The notes under the pieces: model-generated | The model's database searches: none | Told to the model about the DNA's origin: nothing | What the model saw: the letters and a program-made list of their open reading frames with translations, nothing else | Made by a program: the position numbers and the translations under genes | Source of the DNA: Anaeromyxobacter sp. | GTDB lineage: Bacteria; Myxococcota; Myxococcia; Myxococcales; Anaeromyxobacteraceae | DNA: 64,000 nt | Reading direction: 5' to 3' | Assembly: GCA_049840735.1 (NCBI GenBank) | Contig: JASGJN010000020.1 | Coordinates: 256,001 to 320,000 of the forward strand | In this document: one piece after another, positions 11,888 through 24,825 of the stretch | How positions within the stretch are numbered: position 1 is the first letter of the stretch | How the letters are laid out: each line of letters starts with the position of its first letter

Positions 11888-12112
11888 TCAGTACCCCGCG
11901 CGCGCTTCGCCCGGCAGGCAGCTGCTGGAGCAGTAGGTTCGGCCGCCGGACTGGAGCCCCTGCCCCAGCACCTTGGTCCCGCAGGAGAAGCACGCCGGCG
12001 CGGCCTGGATCACCGCGCAGGCGAACGAGCAGAAGACCGACTCGCGCCCCCTGTACTTGAGCCCGATCGGATACCTGCCCAGCTCACCACCGCAGCACGC
12101 GCACCGTTCCAT
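11888..12112 (-). CDS. Small Cys-rich metal-binding protein with two TRASH-like units
   Basis: AGGAG SD, 74 aa, CACCG...FCSFAC followed by CFSCG...YCSSSC. Confidence 0.65.
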   Translation of the reverse strand: MERCACCGGELGRYPIGLKYRGRESVFCSFACAVIQAAPACFSCGTKVLGQGLQSGGRTYCSSSCLPGEARAGY

Positions 12113-12240
12113 GGCCGTTCTCCTGCCCAACAAGCTAGGCGCGCGCCCACCTGCCCGGGAGGCTGAACACCCCCAAGGAGGTGCGTCCCTCGGGGGGATG
12201 GCACATGAGACCACCCCGGGACACGTAACTGACGCGCGGT

Positions 12241-12639
12241 GTGGCCGTCAGGGACAGTGGGGAGAGAATCCGCGTGACCACACTCGTCATCGAAGCTGAT
12301 CCGGAGCGCCGCGCTGAAGTGACACGCCTCATCGAGGGCTCAGGCCATCCGGTCAAGGGAGCCGCCGACCTGTCGGGGGCGATCCTCGAGGGACTGGCGG
12401 CAGAGGAGCAGCGCCCCAACGGGCGGCGCGGCCGTCCCACGCTGGCGGAGCTGGACCGGCGCTACGCGGCCGAGATCCTGCGCCAGACCGGCGGGAACAA
12501 GACGCGCGCTGCGGAGATCCTGGGGATCGACCGCAAGACGCTCTACCGGCTCATCGAGCCGCGCCCGGCCGGCGCCGCCCAGGCCGAGGCCGCGCGCGCC
12601 GACGTGGACGCGGGCGAGTCCGCGCCCAACCAGCACTGA
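12241..12639 (+). CDS. Fis-type HTH protein with a short receiver-like N-terminus
   Basis: TLAELDRRY...TGGNKTRAAEILGIDRKTLYR is an HTH_8-type motif. No AAA+ domain. Confidence 0.7.
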   Translation: MAVRDSGERIRVTTLVIEADPERRAEVTRLIEGSGHPVKGAADLSGAILEGLAAEEQRPNGRRGRPTLAELDRRYAAEILRQTGGNKTRAAEILGIDRKTLYRLIEPRPAGAAQAEAARADVDAGESAPNQH

Positions 12640-12804
12640 GCTTCCAGCGGGGCGGGAGCAAGGCGAAGGGGTCCTCCGTCCGCGGCCGTCAGGCCAGGCA
12701 CGGGGGGCCGCCCTTCCAGCCCGCCCTGACGCACGAAGGCGCGCCTCTCGCCGCCGTGGCCGGTGGGCGAGGCGCGCCTTTTCTGCTGCGGCGACGCGGG
12801 GAAG

Positions 12805-13126
12805 CTACTCGATCCCGGAGCCGCCAGCCGCCGGGACGGGCTCGCCAATCGCGCCGTTGAGCGCGTTCTTGAGCACCTGGCTGGGCCGGAAGGTCAGCAC
12901 CCGACGAGCGCTGATCTCGATCTCCTCGCCCGTCTGCGGATTGCGACCCACGCGAGACTTCTTGTCCCGCACGATGAAGTTGCCGAACCCGCTGATTCTC
13001 GATCTTCTCGCCCCGTTCCAGCGTTTCCTTGATGGTGTCGAACACCATCTCGACGACCTCGGCGGCCTCCTTCTTGGAGAAGCCCACCTTCTCGTAGACG
13101 CTCTCGATGATGTCTGCCTTGGTCAC
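12805..13126 (-). CDS. ihfA: Integration host factor alpha (frameshift at 12994-12998)
   Basis: [21 protein letters not shown]... continues in a shifted frame as ISGFGNF...[23 protein letters not shown]. Lies downstream of pheT. Confidence 0.88.
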
Positions 13127-13159
13127 GGTCTCGCTCCCGGCGGGGCTAAGATCCCGAAT

Positions 13160-13188
13160 TCGATAGCTGATTTGCCGGCAGGTGTCAA
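13160..13188 (-). promoter_or_regulatory. Candidate sigma70 promoter for ihfA
   Basis: TTGACA-17-TATCGA on the minus strand. Confidence 0.5.
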
Positions 13189-13230
13189 TCTCACGGGGGC
13201 TGCGCCCCCGCCCCGCCGGCAAAGCCGTCG

Positions 13231-13440
13231 GGGCCCCACCCCTGCTGCGGCGGAGCCAAGCGCGCTGCGGCCTGCGGCCTTGCGCGCTTTCCGCCGTCGA
13301 GGGGCTGCGCCCCTCCCCCAGCTGCGCTGGGGCCCCCACCCTGCCTTCCACGGGCCCCACCCCTGCTGCGGCGGAGCCAAGCGCGCTGCGGCCTGCGGCC
13401 TTGCGCGCTTTCCGCCGTCCAGGGGCTGCGCCCCTCCCCC
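13231..13440. repeat. Direct repeat of an 89-bp palindrome-rich unit, period 121 bp
   Basis: 13231-13319 and 13352-13440 differ at one base. Internal stem GGCGGA..AAGCGCG / CGCGCTT.TCCGCC. Confidence 0.85.
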
Positions 13441-13525
13441 TGGCGCGCTGGGGCCAAGCGCGCTGAACGCGGCCGATCGCCCTGAGCGTTGCGGCGCGCA
13501 GCGCCGCGGAGTCGAAGGGCGGCCC

Positions 13526-13921
13526 CTACGGCGCTGGCGGTGCCGGCGTGCCGGAGGCGCCGCCCAGCTCCCGTCGGGCGCGCTCGCGCGCCTCCTGGGT
13601 GGCTTCAGCCGCCTGATCCAGCGTCCGCTGGGCCTCGTCGCGCGACGGCCCGGCGACCACCGGCTCGCCGGTGGGGTCGCGCCCCACGCCCGCCGTCAGG
13701 GCCAGCACCAGCGCGCTGGCGCCCACCGCCAGGATGGCCATCGCCAGCCCCGCCGCGGCGAAGGGGCGTCCAGCGCCGCCCTTCAGGGCGCGCGCGGACA
13801 GGACCACCGCGGCCAGCCCGACCACCAGGCCGAACGGGGCTGCGAGCGGGTGCCAGGAGGCGAACGCGGCGGCCAGGCCGAAGGCGGCCGCCACCACCGC
13901 GGGCCTGCCGGGCCTCGCCAC
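13526..13921 (-). CDS. Small membrane protein, hypothetical
   Basis: Starts 3 nt after the pheT stop and has 2-3 hydrophobic segments. Confidence 0.55.
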   Translation of the reverse strand: MARPGRPAVVAAAFGLAAAFASWHPLAAPFGLVVGLAAVVLSARALKGGAGRPFAAAGLAMAILAVGASALVLALTAGVGRDPTGEPVVAGPSRDEAQRTLDQAAEATQEARERARRELGGASGTPAPPAP

Positions 13922-13924
13922 GCG

Positions 13925-16352
13925 CTAGCCCCGGAGCTCGGCGCCCACCCGCTCGCGCAGCCGGGCCACGATGCGGCCGTGCGCGGCCTCCGCCTCGGCG
14001 TCGGTCAGGGTGCGATCCGGCGCGCGGTAGCGGATGGCCAGGGCCAGGTTCTTCTTCCCGGCCGGGAGCGGGGCGCCCTTGTAGACGTCGAAGAGCGTCA
14101 CGCCCTCGACCAGCGCCTCCTCGCGGATCAGCGCCTCGACCGCGGCCGCCGTGACCGCGTCCTCCACCACCACCGCCACGTCGCGCAGCACCGCCGGCAG
14201 GCGCGGGATGGGCCGATGCTGCGGCACCAGCCGCGCCGCGCCCACCAGGGCCGCCAGGTCCAGCTCGAAGGCCAGCACGCCCCGCGGCAGCTCGAAGGCG
14301 GTGGCCACGCGCGGGTGGAGCTCGCCCACCGCGCCCAGCACGGCGCCGTCCACCTCGACGGTGGCCGAGGTGCGCGGGTGCAGCCAGCCTGCGCCGCCCG
14401 CGGTCCAGCGGTCGCCGGCGATGCCCAGCGCCCCGAGCAGCCCCGAGACCGCGGCCTTGGCGTCGGAGAAGTCGACCGGCTCGCGGCCGGCGGCCCAGCC
14501 CGCCGGGTGGCGGTGGCCAGCCAGCACGCCGGCCACGCGCAGCCGCTCGTCGGCCGGCGCGTCGTCCCCCTGCCCCGGCGCGGCGGTCCGGTAGGCGCGG
14601 GCGATTCTCGTAGAGCCGCACGTCCTCCACGCGCTGGCGCCGGTTGTGGGCCAGGTTGCGGAGCAGCGAGGGCACCAGGCTGGTGCGCATCACCGCCAGG
14701 TCGGCGCTGATGGGGTTCTTGAGCGCGATGCCGAGGGCGCGGCCGGAGCCGTCGCCGGTCTCCACCTGCCCGCCGAACGGCGCGAGCTCGCGGTCGGCCA
14801 CGAAGCTGAAGTTGACCACCTCGCCGAAGCCGGCGCCCTCCAGGGCGGCGCGCAGCCGCGCCACCGCCTGGGCCTCCACCGGCTCGGCCGGCGTGGTGAC
14901 GGCGTTGGGCGGGAGCGTCTCGGGGATGGCGTGGTAGCCCTTGGTGCGGACGATCTCCTCGACCAGGTCCTCCTCGATGGAGACGTCCACGCGCCAGCTG
15001 GGCACGGCCCAGGTGGCCCCCTCTGCGTCGGCGGCGCGCAGCCCGAAGCCCAGGCCGCCCAGGATGCGACGCACCTCGGCCTCGTCCACCGGCATGCCCA
15101 GCAGCTCGGCCGGGCGCCTCCAGCGGAGGCGCACCTCCGGCGAGGCCACCGGGCGGGCCACCACGTCCACCACGCCGGGGCGGATGGTGCCGCCGGCCAG
15201 CTCGGCGATGAGCTGCGCGCAGCGGTCCAGCGCCGGGATCACCATGCCCGGATCGGCGCCCCGCTCGAAGCGGTAGGAGGCCTCGCTCTTGAGCCCCTGG
15301 CGGCGCGAGGTGCGGCGCACGCCGGAGGGCTGGAACCAGGCGGACTCGATCAGCACGCGGCTGGTGCCCTCGGAGATCTCCGAGTCCCCGCCGCCCATGA
15401 CGCCGGCCAGCGCGCTGCCGCGATCGCGATTGGCGATGAGCAGGTCTTCCGGCTCGAGCGCGCGCTCCTTGCCGTCGAGCGTGGTGAGCTTCTCGCCCGG
15501 GCGGGCGGTGCGGACCACGATTTGGTGGCCGGCCACCTTGTCGAGGTCGAAGGCGTGCAGCGGGTGGCCCAGCTCCAGCAGGACGAAGTTGGTCGCGTCC
15601 ACCACGTTGGAGATGGAGCGGACGCCGCAGCTCTCCAGCCGGCGCGCCAGCCAGGCCGGCGACGGGCCGATCCTCACGCCCTCCACCACGCGCGCGGCGT
15701 AGCGGGCGCACTTCTCCGGCGCCTCGATCCGCACCGCCACCGCCTCGGCGGCGGGCGGGCCGGCCTCGACCAGCGCCGGGCGCGGCGGGCGCACCGGCTG
15801 CCCCAGCGCGGCCGCCACCTCGCGGGCCAGGCCCAGGTGCGAGAGCGCGTCGGGCCGGTTGGGGGTGACGTTCACCTCCAGCAGCACGTCCTCCAGCCCC
15901 AGCGCCTGGATGATGGGCGTGCCCGGCTTCACGTCCGCCGGGAGGATCATCAGGCCGCTGGCGTCCTCGGAGAGCCCCAGCTCGCGCGCCGAGCAGAGCA
16001 TCCCGAAGGACTCCACGCCGCGCAGCTTGGCCTTCTTGATCTCCAGCCCGCCGGGCAGCTTCGCGCCCACCGTGGCGAGCGGGACCACGTCGCCCACCTG
16101 GTAGTTCTTGGCGCCGCAGACCACCTGGAGCGGCTCGCCCTGGCCGCGGTCGATGCGGCAGACCGAGAGCTTCTCCGCGTCGGGGTGCCTGTCCGAGGCG
16201 AGCACGCGGGCCGCCACCACGCCCTGCAGCCCGGAGCCCACCCGCTCCAGGGCCTCCACCTCGAAGCCGACCGCGGTGAGCTTCTGGGCCAGCTCCTCAG
16301 GCGAGGACGGCAGGTCGACGTACTCCGACAGCCACTTCAGCGAGATGCGCAT
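13925..16352 (-). CDS. pheT: Phenylalanyl-tRNA synthetase beta subunit (frameshift at 14603-14607)
   Basis: MRISLKWLSEY, VVCGAKN, TPNRPD, RFERG and C-terminal RDVAVVV...DRTLTD. Confidence 0.95.
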
Positions 16353-16360
16353 GGCGGGCC

Positions 16361-17441
<1,081 letters not shown>

Positions 17442-17715
17442 GGCAACTCCTCGGGGCCCGGACAGCGCCGGGCCCCCACAGCGAGGCTGTCGGGGCCCCT
17501 CCGCTCACCCAGGACTGTCGAGGGCGGAGCGGCGCCGGGGCCCGGCGCGCCGAGGCCAGAGGCCTTGCGCGCCACCCAGCGCCGAGGGGCGATCCCCCTC
17601 CCCCGGCCTTCGGCGGCCGGGGCCTGTCGACGAGACGCTGGGCCGACGGTTGGCCGCCCGTGAGGGTGGCCGTCATGAGGCGCCGCCCTCGCGGGCGGCC
17701 CTCACCACGCGCCGC

Positions 17716-18057
17716 CTACTGGGCGGCCTTGACGACGGCGGCGAAGTCGCCCGGGAGCATCGCGGCGAGGTCCGCCAGGATCTTCCGGTCGATCGCCACG
17801 CCGGCCTTCTTGAGGCCCGCGACGAGCTTCGAGTAGGTCGTGCCGTTCAGGCGGGCCGCCGCGTTGATGCGGACGATCCACAGCGCGCGGAAGTTCCGGC
17901 GCTTGATGCGGCGATCGCGGGTCGAGTAGTTGAGCGCCCGCTCCACCGCCTGGTTGGCGCGGCGGTAGCAGTTCTTGCGACGGCCACGGAAGCCCTTCGC
18001 AAGCTTGAGGACGCGATTACGACGACGGCGAGCCTTGATACCCTTCTTGACGCGCAT
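17716..18057 (-). CDS. rplT: 50S ribosomal protein L20
   Basis: [17 protein letters not shown] and [10 protein letters not shown]. Confidence 0.97.
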   Translation of the reverse strand: MRVKKGIKARRRRNRVLKLAKGFRGRRKNCYRRANQAVERALNYSTRDRRIKRRNFRALWIVRINAAARLNGTTYSKLVAGLKKAGVAIDRKILADLAAMLPGDFAAVVKAAQ

Positions 18058-18160
18058 CTTGCTGCTCCTTGCCGGCGGGAGGCGCCGCGTCCGTCACACC
18101 ACGTGACGGTCCACGCACTCTTTCGGACCCCGCTTGGGCGTTACGTGAACCCGTTCGCCT

Positions 18161-18364
18161 CTACCGGGCGTACGGGAAGCACTCCATGATCTTCTTGCTG
18201 TCCTCGGGGGTCAGGTGGGACGTCCCCTTGAGGTGGCGCTTCTGCTTCTTGGTCTTCCCGAACGTCGCCAGGTGGCGCACGCCGGCCCGGCGGAACTTCA
18301 CCGCGCCGCTCTTCTTCGGGATGAAGCGCTTCTTCGCGCCGCTCTTGGTCTTCAGCTTGGGCAT
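18161..18364 (-). CDS. rpmI: 50S ribosomal protein L35
   Basis: MPKLKTKSGAKKRF, located between infC and rplT. Confidence 0.96.
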   Translation of the reverse strand: MPKLKTKSGAKKRFIPKKSGAVKFRRAGVRHLATFGKTKKQKRHLKGTSHLTPEDSKKIMECFPYAR

Positions 18365-18465
18365 TTTCTTCTTCCGTTCCGTTTCGGTGCTGCGCTCGCT
18401 CCCCGGCTCGTGCCGGGGGCCGCGCCCGCCGGATCCCGGCGATGCGCGGCGATGTCTCGCTGGCT

Positions 18466-19167
<702 letters not shown>

Positions 19168-19197
19168 GCTCTCCCGGGCCTGCAAAAAAGACGTCGT

Positions 19198-19225
19198 AGA
19201 ATAAGGATTTCGCCGGTCTTGTCAA
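19198..19225 (-). promoter_or_regulatory. Candidate sigma70 promoter for infC-rpmI-rplT
   Basis: TTGACA-16-TATTCT. Confidence 0.55.
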
Positions 19226-19318
19226 CGCCGACACGGCGCGCGGGCGCCAGGCCGCATCCGAGCGACCTGGCGCCCCGCCTTTTACGCTTCCTTGGCCCGG
19301 AGGGCGAGCCCCTCGGCG

Positions 19319-20393
<1,075 letters not shown>

Positions 20394-20405
20394 TCAGGGC
20401 TGCTG

Positions 20406-20972
20406 TCAGGTCGTGGGGACGGAAGCCTGCGCCTTCAGGCTCGGGGGCGCCAGCGTCTTGAAGCCGCGCTCCAGCGCGATGCGGCCGGAGCGGCAGATCT
20501 CCTGGATGCCGAACGGCCGCAGCCGCTCCTCCAGCGCATCCAGCTTGCCCGCCGTGCCGCTGGCCTCGACCATCAGGGCGTCCGGGGAGACGTCCACGAT
20601 GGTGGCCTCGTACGTCTCGGCCAGCGCGCGCAGCTCGGCGTGGTTCCGCTCGGGCGTGCGGATCTTCACCAGCATCAGCTCGCGCTCGATCAGGTCCTGC
20701 GGCGACAGCTCGCGCACCTCGACCACCGGCACGAGCTTCTGGACCTGCCGGACCACCTGCTCGACCGTCTTCGAGCCCAGGCGGACCACGATGGTCATGC
20801 GCGAGTAGGCCGGGACCTCGGTCGGGCCCACGGTCAGGCTGGCGATGTTGTAGCCGCGGCGGGAGAAGAGGCCCGCGATGCGGTGGAGCACGCCGGGCTT
20901 GTTCTCCACCAGCATGCTGATGGTGTGGGTGGAGCCGTTGGGGCTGGTCTCGGTGCGTTCCATGTCACTCAC
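20406..20972 (-). CDS. ilvN: Acetolactate synthase small subunit
   Basis: VENKPGVLHRIAGLFSRRGYNI and ERELMLVK. Confidence 0.93.
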   Translation of the reverse strand: MSDMERTETSPNGSTHTISMLVENKPGVLHRIAGLFSRRGYNIASLTVGPTEVPAYSRMTIVVRLGSKTVEQVVRQVQKLVPVVEVRELSPQDLIERELMLVKIRTPERNHAELRALAETYEATIVDVSPDALMVEASGTAGKLDALEERLRPFGIQEICRSGRIALERGFKTLAPPSLKAQASVPTT

Positions 20973-22671
20973 CGCCGATCATGTCGTTGAGGGGGGCGCC
21001 GGCCGGGACCATCGGGTAGACCTTCTCCTCGGCGCGGATGCGGACGTCGATGATGGTGGGGCCGCGATCGTTGGCCAGGGCCTGGTCGATCACCTTGTCG
21101 AGCTCCTGCACGGTGCGCGCGCGCAGCCCCAGGCACCCGTAGGCGTCGGCCAGCTTGACCAGGTCGGGCAGGTCGGCCAGCGGCGTCTCGGCGTAGCGCT
21201 CGGAGTAGAAGAGCTCCTGCCACTGGCGGACCATGCCCAGGAACAGGTTGTTGAGGATGAAGATCTTCACCGGCAGCTTGTGCTCGCTGGCGGTGGCCAG
21301 GTCCTGCAGCGTCATCTGGAAGGAGCCGTCGCCGTCGATGCCGATGACGGTGGCGTCGCGCCGCCCGAACTGGATGCCGATGGCCGAGGGCAGGCAGTAG
21401 CCCATGGTGCCGAGGCCGCCGGAGGTGATGAACTGGCGGGGCTCGGAGGTCTTCCACCACTGCGCGGCGAACATCTGGTGCTCGCCCACGCCGGTGGTGA
21501 CGATGGCCTTGGGGCCGGCCTTCTTGCAGAGCTGCTCGACGACGTACTGCGGGAGCAGCGGGCCGTTCGGCTCCTGCTGGTAGCGCATGGGGTGCTTCTG
21601 GCGCCAGTCGCCCACCTTCTTCTTCCAGGCGGAGAGGTCGGGCCGGCCGTGGGCCTGGAAGGCCTTGCGGACCTCCTCGTGCAGCTGCGGCAGCAGCGCC
21701 TTGAGGTCGCCCACCAGCGGCACCGTGGCGGTCACCAGCTTGGAGATCTCCGCCGGGTCCACGTCCAGGTGGACGATCTTGGCCTCGGGGGCGAAGGTCG
21801 AGAGCTTGCCGGTGACGCGGTCGTCGAACCGCGCGCCCAGGGCGATGATCAGGTCCGAGCCCTGGACGGTGTAGTTCGCGTACCGCGAGCCGTGCATGCC
21901 GAACATGCCCAGGCAGAGCGGGTGCGTCTCCGGGAAGGCGCCCTTGCCGTGCACGGTGGTGACCACCGGCGCGTCGAGGAACTCTGCGAAGGCGAAGACC
22001 TCCTTGTGCGCCGCGGCGGTGCGGACGCCGCCGCCCAGGTAGACCACCGGGCGCGTGGCCGAGCGGATCAGCGTGGCCGCGTCCTTGAGGCGGGGCTCGC
22101 GCGGGAGCGGCGGGTGGTAGCCGGGGATCTCGACCGAGTCCGGGTACTCGAACTCCAGCTCGGAGGTGAGGACGTCCTTGGGGATGTCGACCAGCACCGG
22201 GCCGGGCCGGCCGGTCTGCGCGACGTAGAAGGCCTCCTTGAGGATGCGGGGCAGGTCCTCCACGTCGGTCACCAGCCAGTTGTGCTTGGTGATGGGGACG
22301 GTGATGCCGGTGATGTCCGCCTCCTGGAAGGCGTCGGTGCCGATCAGCGCCCGGGAGACGTTGGCCGTGATGGCCACCAGCGGCACCGAGTCCATGTACG
22401 CGTCGGCGATGGGGGTGACGAGGTTGGTGGCGCCCGGGCCGGAGGTGCCCAGGCAGACGCCCACCTTGCCGGTGGCCAGGGCGTACCCCTCGGCGGCGTG
22501 GCCGCCCACCTGCTCGTGGCGGACGAGGATGTGCTTGGGCGACTCCACCCCGTGGAGCGCGTCATAGAACGGGAGGATGGCGCCACCCGGGACGCCGAAG
22601 AGGTACTCGACCCCCTCGGCCTGGAGCGCCTTCACCACCGCCACCGCGCCGGTCATCTTCTGCTTGGCCAT
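20965..22671 (-). CDS. ilvB: Acetolactate synthase large subunit
   Basis: RHEQ, TSGPGATN, GARFDDRVTG, GDGSFQM and LGMVRQWQ. Confidence 0.95.
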   Translation of the reverse strand: MAKQKMTGAVAVVKALQAEGVEYLFGVPGGAILPFYDALHGVESPKHILVRHEQVGGHAAEGYALATGKVGVCLGTSGPGATNLVTPIADAYMDSVPLVAITANVSRALIGTDAFQEADITGITVPITKHNWLVTDVEDLPRILKEAFYVAQTGRPGPVLVDIPKDVLTSELEFEYPDSVEIPGYHPPLPREPRLKDAATLIRSATRPVVYLGGGVRTAAAHKEVFAFAEFLDAPVVTTVHGKGAFPETHPLCLGMFGMHGSRYANYTVQGSDLIIALGARFDDRVTGKLSTFAPEAKIVHLDVDPAEISKLVTATVPLVGDLKALLPQLHEEVRKAFQAHGRPDLSAWKKKVGDWRQKHPMRYQQEPNGPLLPQYVVEQLCKKAGPKAIVTTGVGEHQMFAAQWWKTSEPRQFITSGGLGTMGYCLPSAIGIQFGRRDATVIGIDGDGSFQMTLQDLATASEHKLPVKIFILNNLFLGMVRQWQELFYSERYAETPLADLPDLVKLADAYGCLGLRARTVQELDKVIDQALANDRGPTIIDVRIRAEEKVYPMVPAGAPLNDMIGGE

Positions 22672-23029
22672 GATCCCTCTCGGTCTGCTGAAAAGCTGGA
22701 AGGCTCGAACGTGCTGCCTCTGGGCGTCGGGGAGTCGAGGTCGGCGGGTTCGCGGTCGCGCGCGGGCGCAGCGGCGCCCGGCAGCGACGCGGCCCGCCCC
22801 TATACCTTCGACGCGGCCAGGAGGCCCGGGCAGCGCACGGCGGGCGCCGAGCCGGTGAGCGGCTCGAGGTGCCCGGGAAGCGGCAGGCTGTGCGCAGTCA
22901 TCGCCACGGACCGTCGATAATCCACGATCCGCGGCGCCGCAGCAAGAACGCGGTGCGGCGTCCGGCGTCGCAGGGCCCCGGCCGGGGAGCGGCGGGCCCG
23001 GCCCGCAGGCTGTCGTCCGGCGTCCAGGC

Positions 23030-24599
23030 TCAAGGCGTCCCCATCTCCTCGCGCGCCTCGCTGGGCTGGCGCGGCCCGATCTTGAGCGCGATGCGGTTCA
23101 CCACGTCGAGGAAGGCGCGGGCGCTCCCCTCGATGATGTCGGTGGAGAGCGCGCGGCCGCGGTAGACGCCGGTGTTGTGCTCCACCTCGATGGTGACCTC
23201 GCCCTGCGCGTCCTCGCCGGTGGAGACGCTGGCGATCTCGGTAGTCGCGCAGCTTGAGCGTGATGCCGGTCACCTTCTCGACGGCGCGGTAGACCGCGTC
23301 CACCGGCCCGTCCCCGGCGGCGACCTCCTGGAAGCGGTCGCCGTTGGCGGCGCGCAGCGCCACCGAGGCGCAGGGGAGCGTGCCGGTGCCGGAGGTGGTG
23401 GAGAGCGCCTCCAGCTCCCAGGCGCCGCCGTGGGCCAGGATCTGCCCGTGCACCACCAGCGCCTCGATGTCGGCGTCGTAGATGTCCTTCTTCTTGTCGG
23501 CCAGGACCTTGAAGTCGGCGAAGACCTTCTCGACCTGCGCGTCGTCCAGCTGGTAGCCGAGCGCGGCCAGCCGCTCCTTGAGCGCGTGGCGCCCGGAGTG
23601 CTTGCCCAGCACCAGCGAGGAGCGGGCGAAGCCCACCTCCTCCGGCCGCATGATCTCATAGGTCTCGCGGTTCGTGAGCATCCCGTGCTGGTGGATGCCG
23701 GCCTCGTGCGCGAAGGCGTTCTGCCCCACGATGGCCTTGTTGCGCTGCACGTGCAGGCCGGTCACCTGCGAGACCAGGCGGCTGGCGGGGAAGAGCCGCT
23801 CGGTCTTCACGCCCGTCCGGACCTTCAGGACGTCCCGGCGCGTCTTGAAGGCCATCACGATCTCCTCGAGCGAGGCGTTGCCGGCCCGCTCGCCGATCCC
23901 GTTGATGGTGCACTCGACCTGGCGCGCGCCCTCGAGGACGCCGGCGATGCTGTTGGCCACCGCCAGGCCCAGGTCGTTGTGGCAGTGGACCGAGACGACC
24001 ACCTTCTCGATGCCGCGGACGTGCTTCCTGAGGTAGCGGATGGTCTCGGCGTAGGTGGAGGGCAGCGCGTAGCCGACGGTGTCGGGGATGTTGACGGTGC
24101 CGGCGCCGGCCTCGATGGCGCGCTCCACCACCTCGCTCAGGAACTCCAGCTCGGTGCGAGCGGCGTCCTCGGGCGAGAACTCCACGTCCTCGAACCGCTC
24201 GCGGGCGATGGTGACGCCCTCGACGGCGCGCCGGACGATCTCGTCCTTGGCCAGCTTGAGCTTGAAGTCGCGGTGGATGGGGCTGGTGGCGAGGAAGACG
24301 TGGCAGCGCCGGCGCGGCGCGTCCTGCAGCGCGCGCCAGGAGGCCTCGATGTCGCCGCGGTTGCAGCGGGAGAGGCTGCAGATGATGGGCCCCTCGACCT
24401 GCTCGCCGATCGCCTTGATGGCCTCGAGGTCGCCGGGCGAGGCGGCGGCGAAGCCGGCCTCGATCACGTCCACCCCGAGGTCGCGCAGGGCCTTCGCCAC
24501 CTGGAGCTTCTGGCCCAGGTTCATCGACGCGCCCGGCGACTGCTCGCCGTCGCGAAGCGTGGTGTCGAAGATGGTGACCCTGTCGGCGCTCTCGCTCAC
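23030..24599 (-). CDS. leuA: 2-isopropylmalate synthase (frameshift near 23240)
   Basis: DTTLRDGEQ, HCHNDLG, GERAGN and LGKHSGRH. The regulatory domain continues EIASVSTGEDAQGEV...STDIIEGS to TGA at 23030. Confidence 0.95.
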
Positions 24600-24666
24600 G
24601 GTTTCTCCACTCCTTCCGGGTAGTTACAGCCTGCCGCAGCAGGTGCTGTCGGAAGCGGAACCGGAG

Positions 24667-24695
24667 AGGATAACAGAAACGATGGGGCCTTGGAA
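24667..24695 (-). promoter_or_regulatory. Candidate sigma70 promoter with extended -10 for leuA
   Basis: TTCCAA-17-TATCCT, with TGn before the -10. Confidence 0.45.
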
Positions 24696-24825
24696 CTGAT
24701 GTAGGCGACGCGATCGCCGACCAGCCGGGCGAGCGGGAGCTGAAGGACGAAAGGCCCCGGGGACGCAGCCGGCGCAGGCGCGCGGGCCGCCTCTCCCGAG
24801 GCCTGACGCCTTCAAGCCCGAGGCC

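Noticed and set aside
13231..13440. CRISPR array
   Set aside because: Only two 89-bp units, no repeat-spacer series and no cas genes.
17442..17715. pheM-like attenuator upstream of pheS
   Set aside because: Hairpins are present, but there is no Phe-rich leader ORF or U-tailed terminator.
24600..24825. Riboswitch or T-box upstream of leuA
   Set aside because: Short resemblances to SAM or glycine motifs do not assemble into an aptamer. The AT-rich part is better explained as a promoter.
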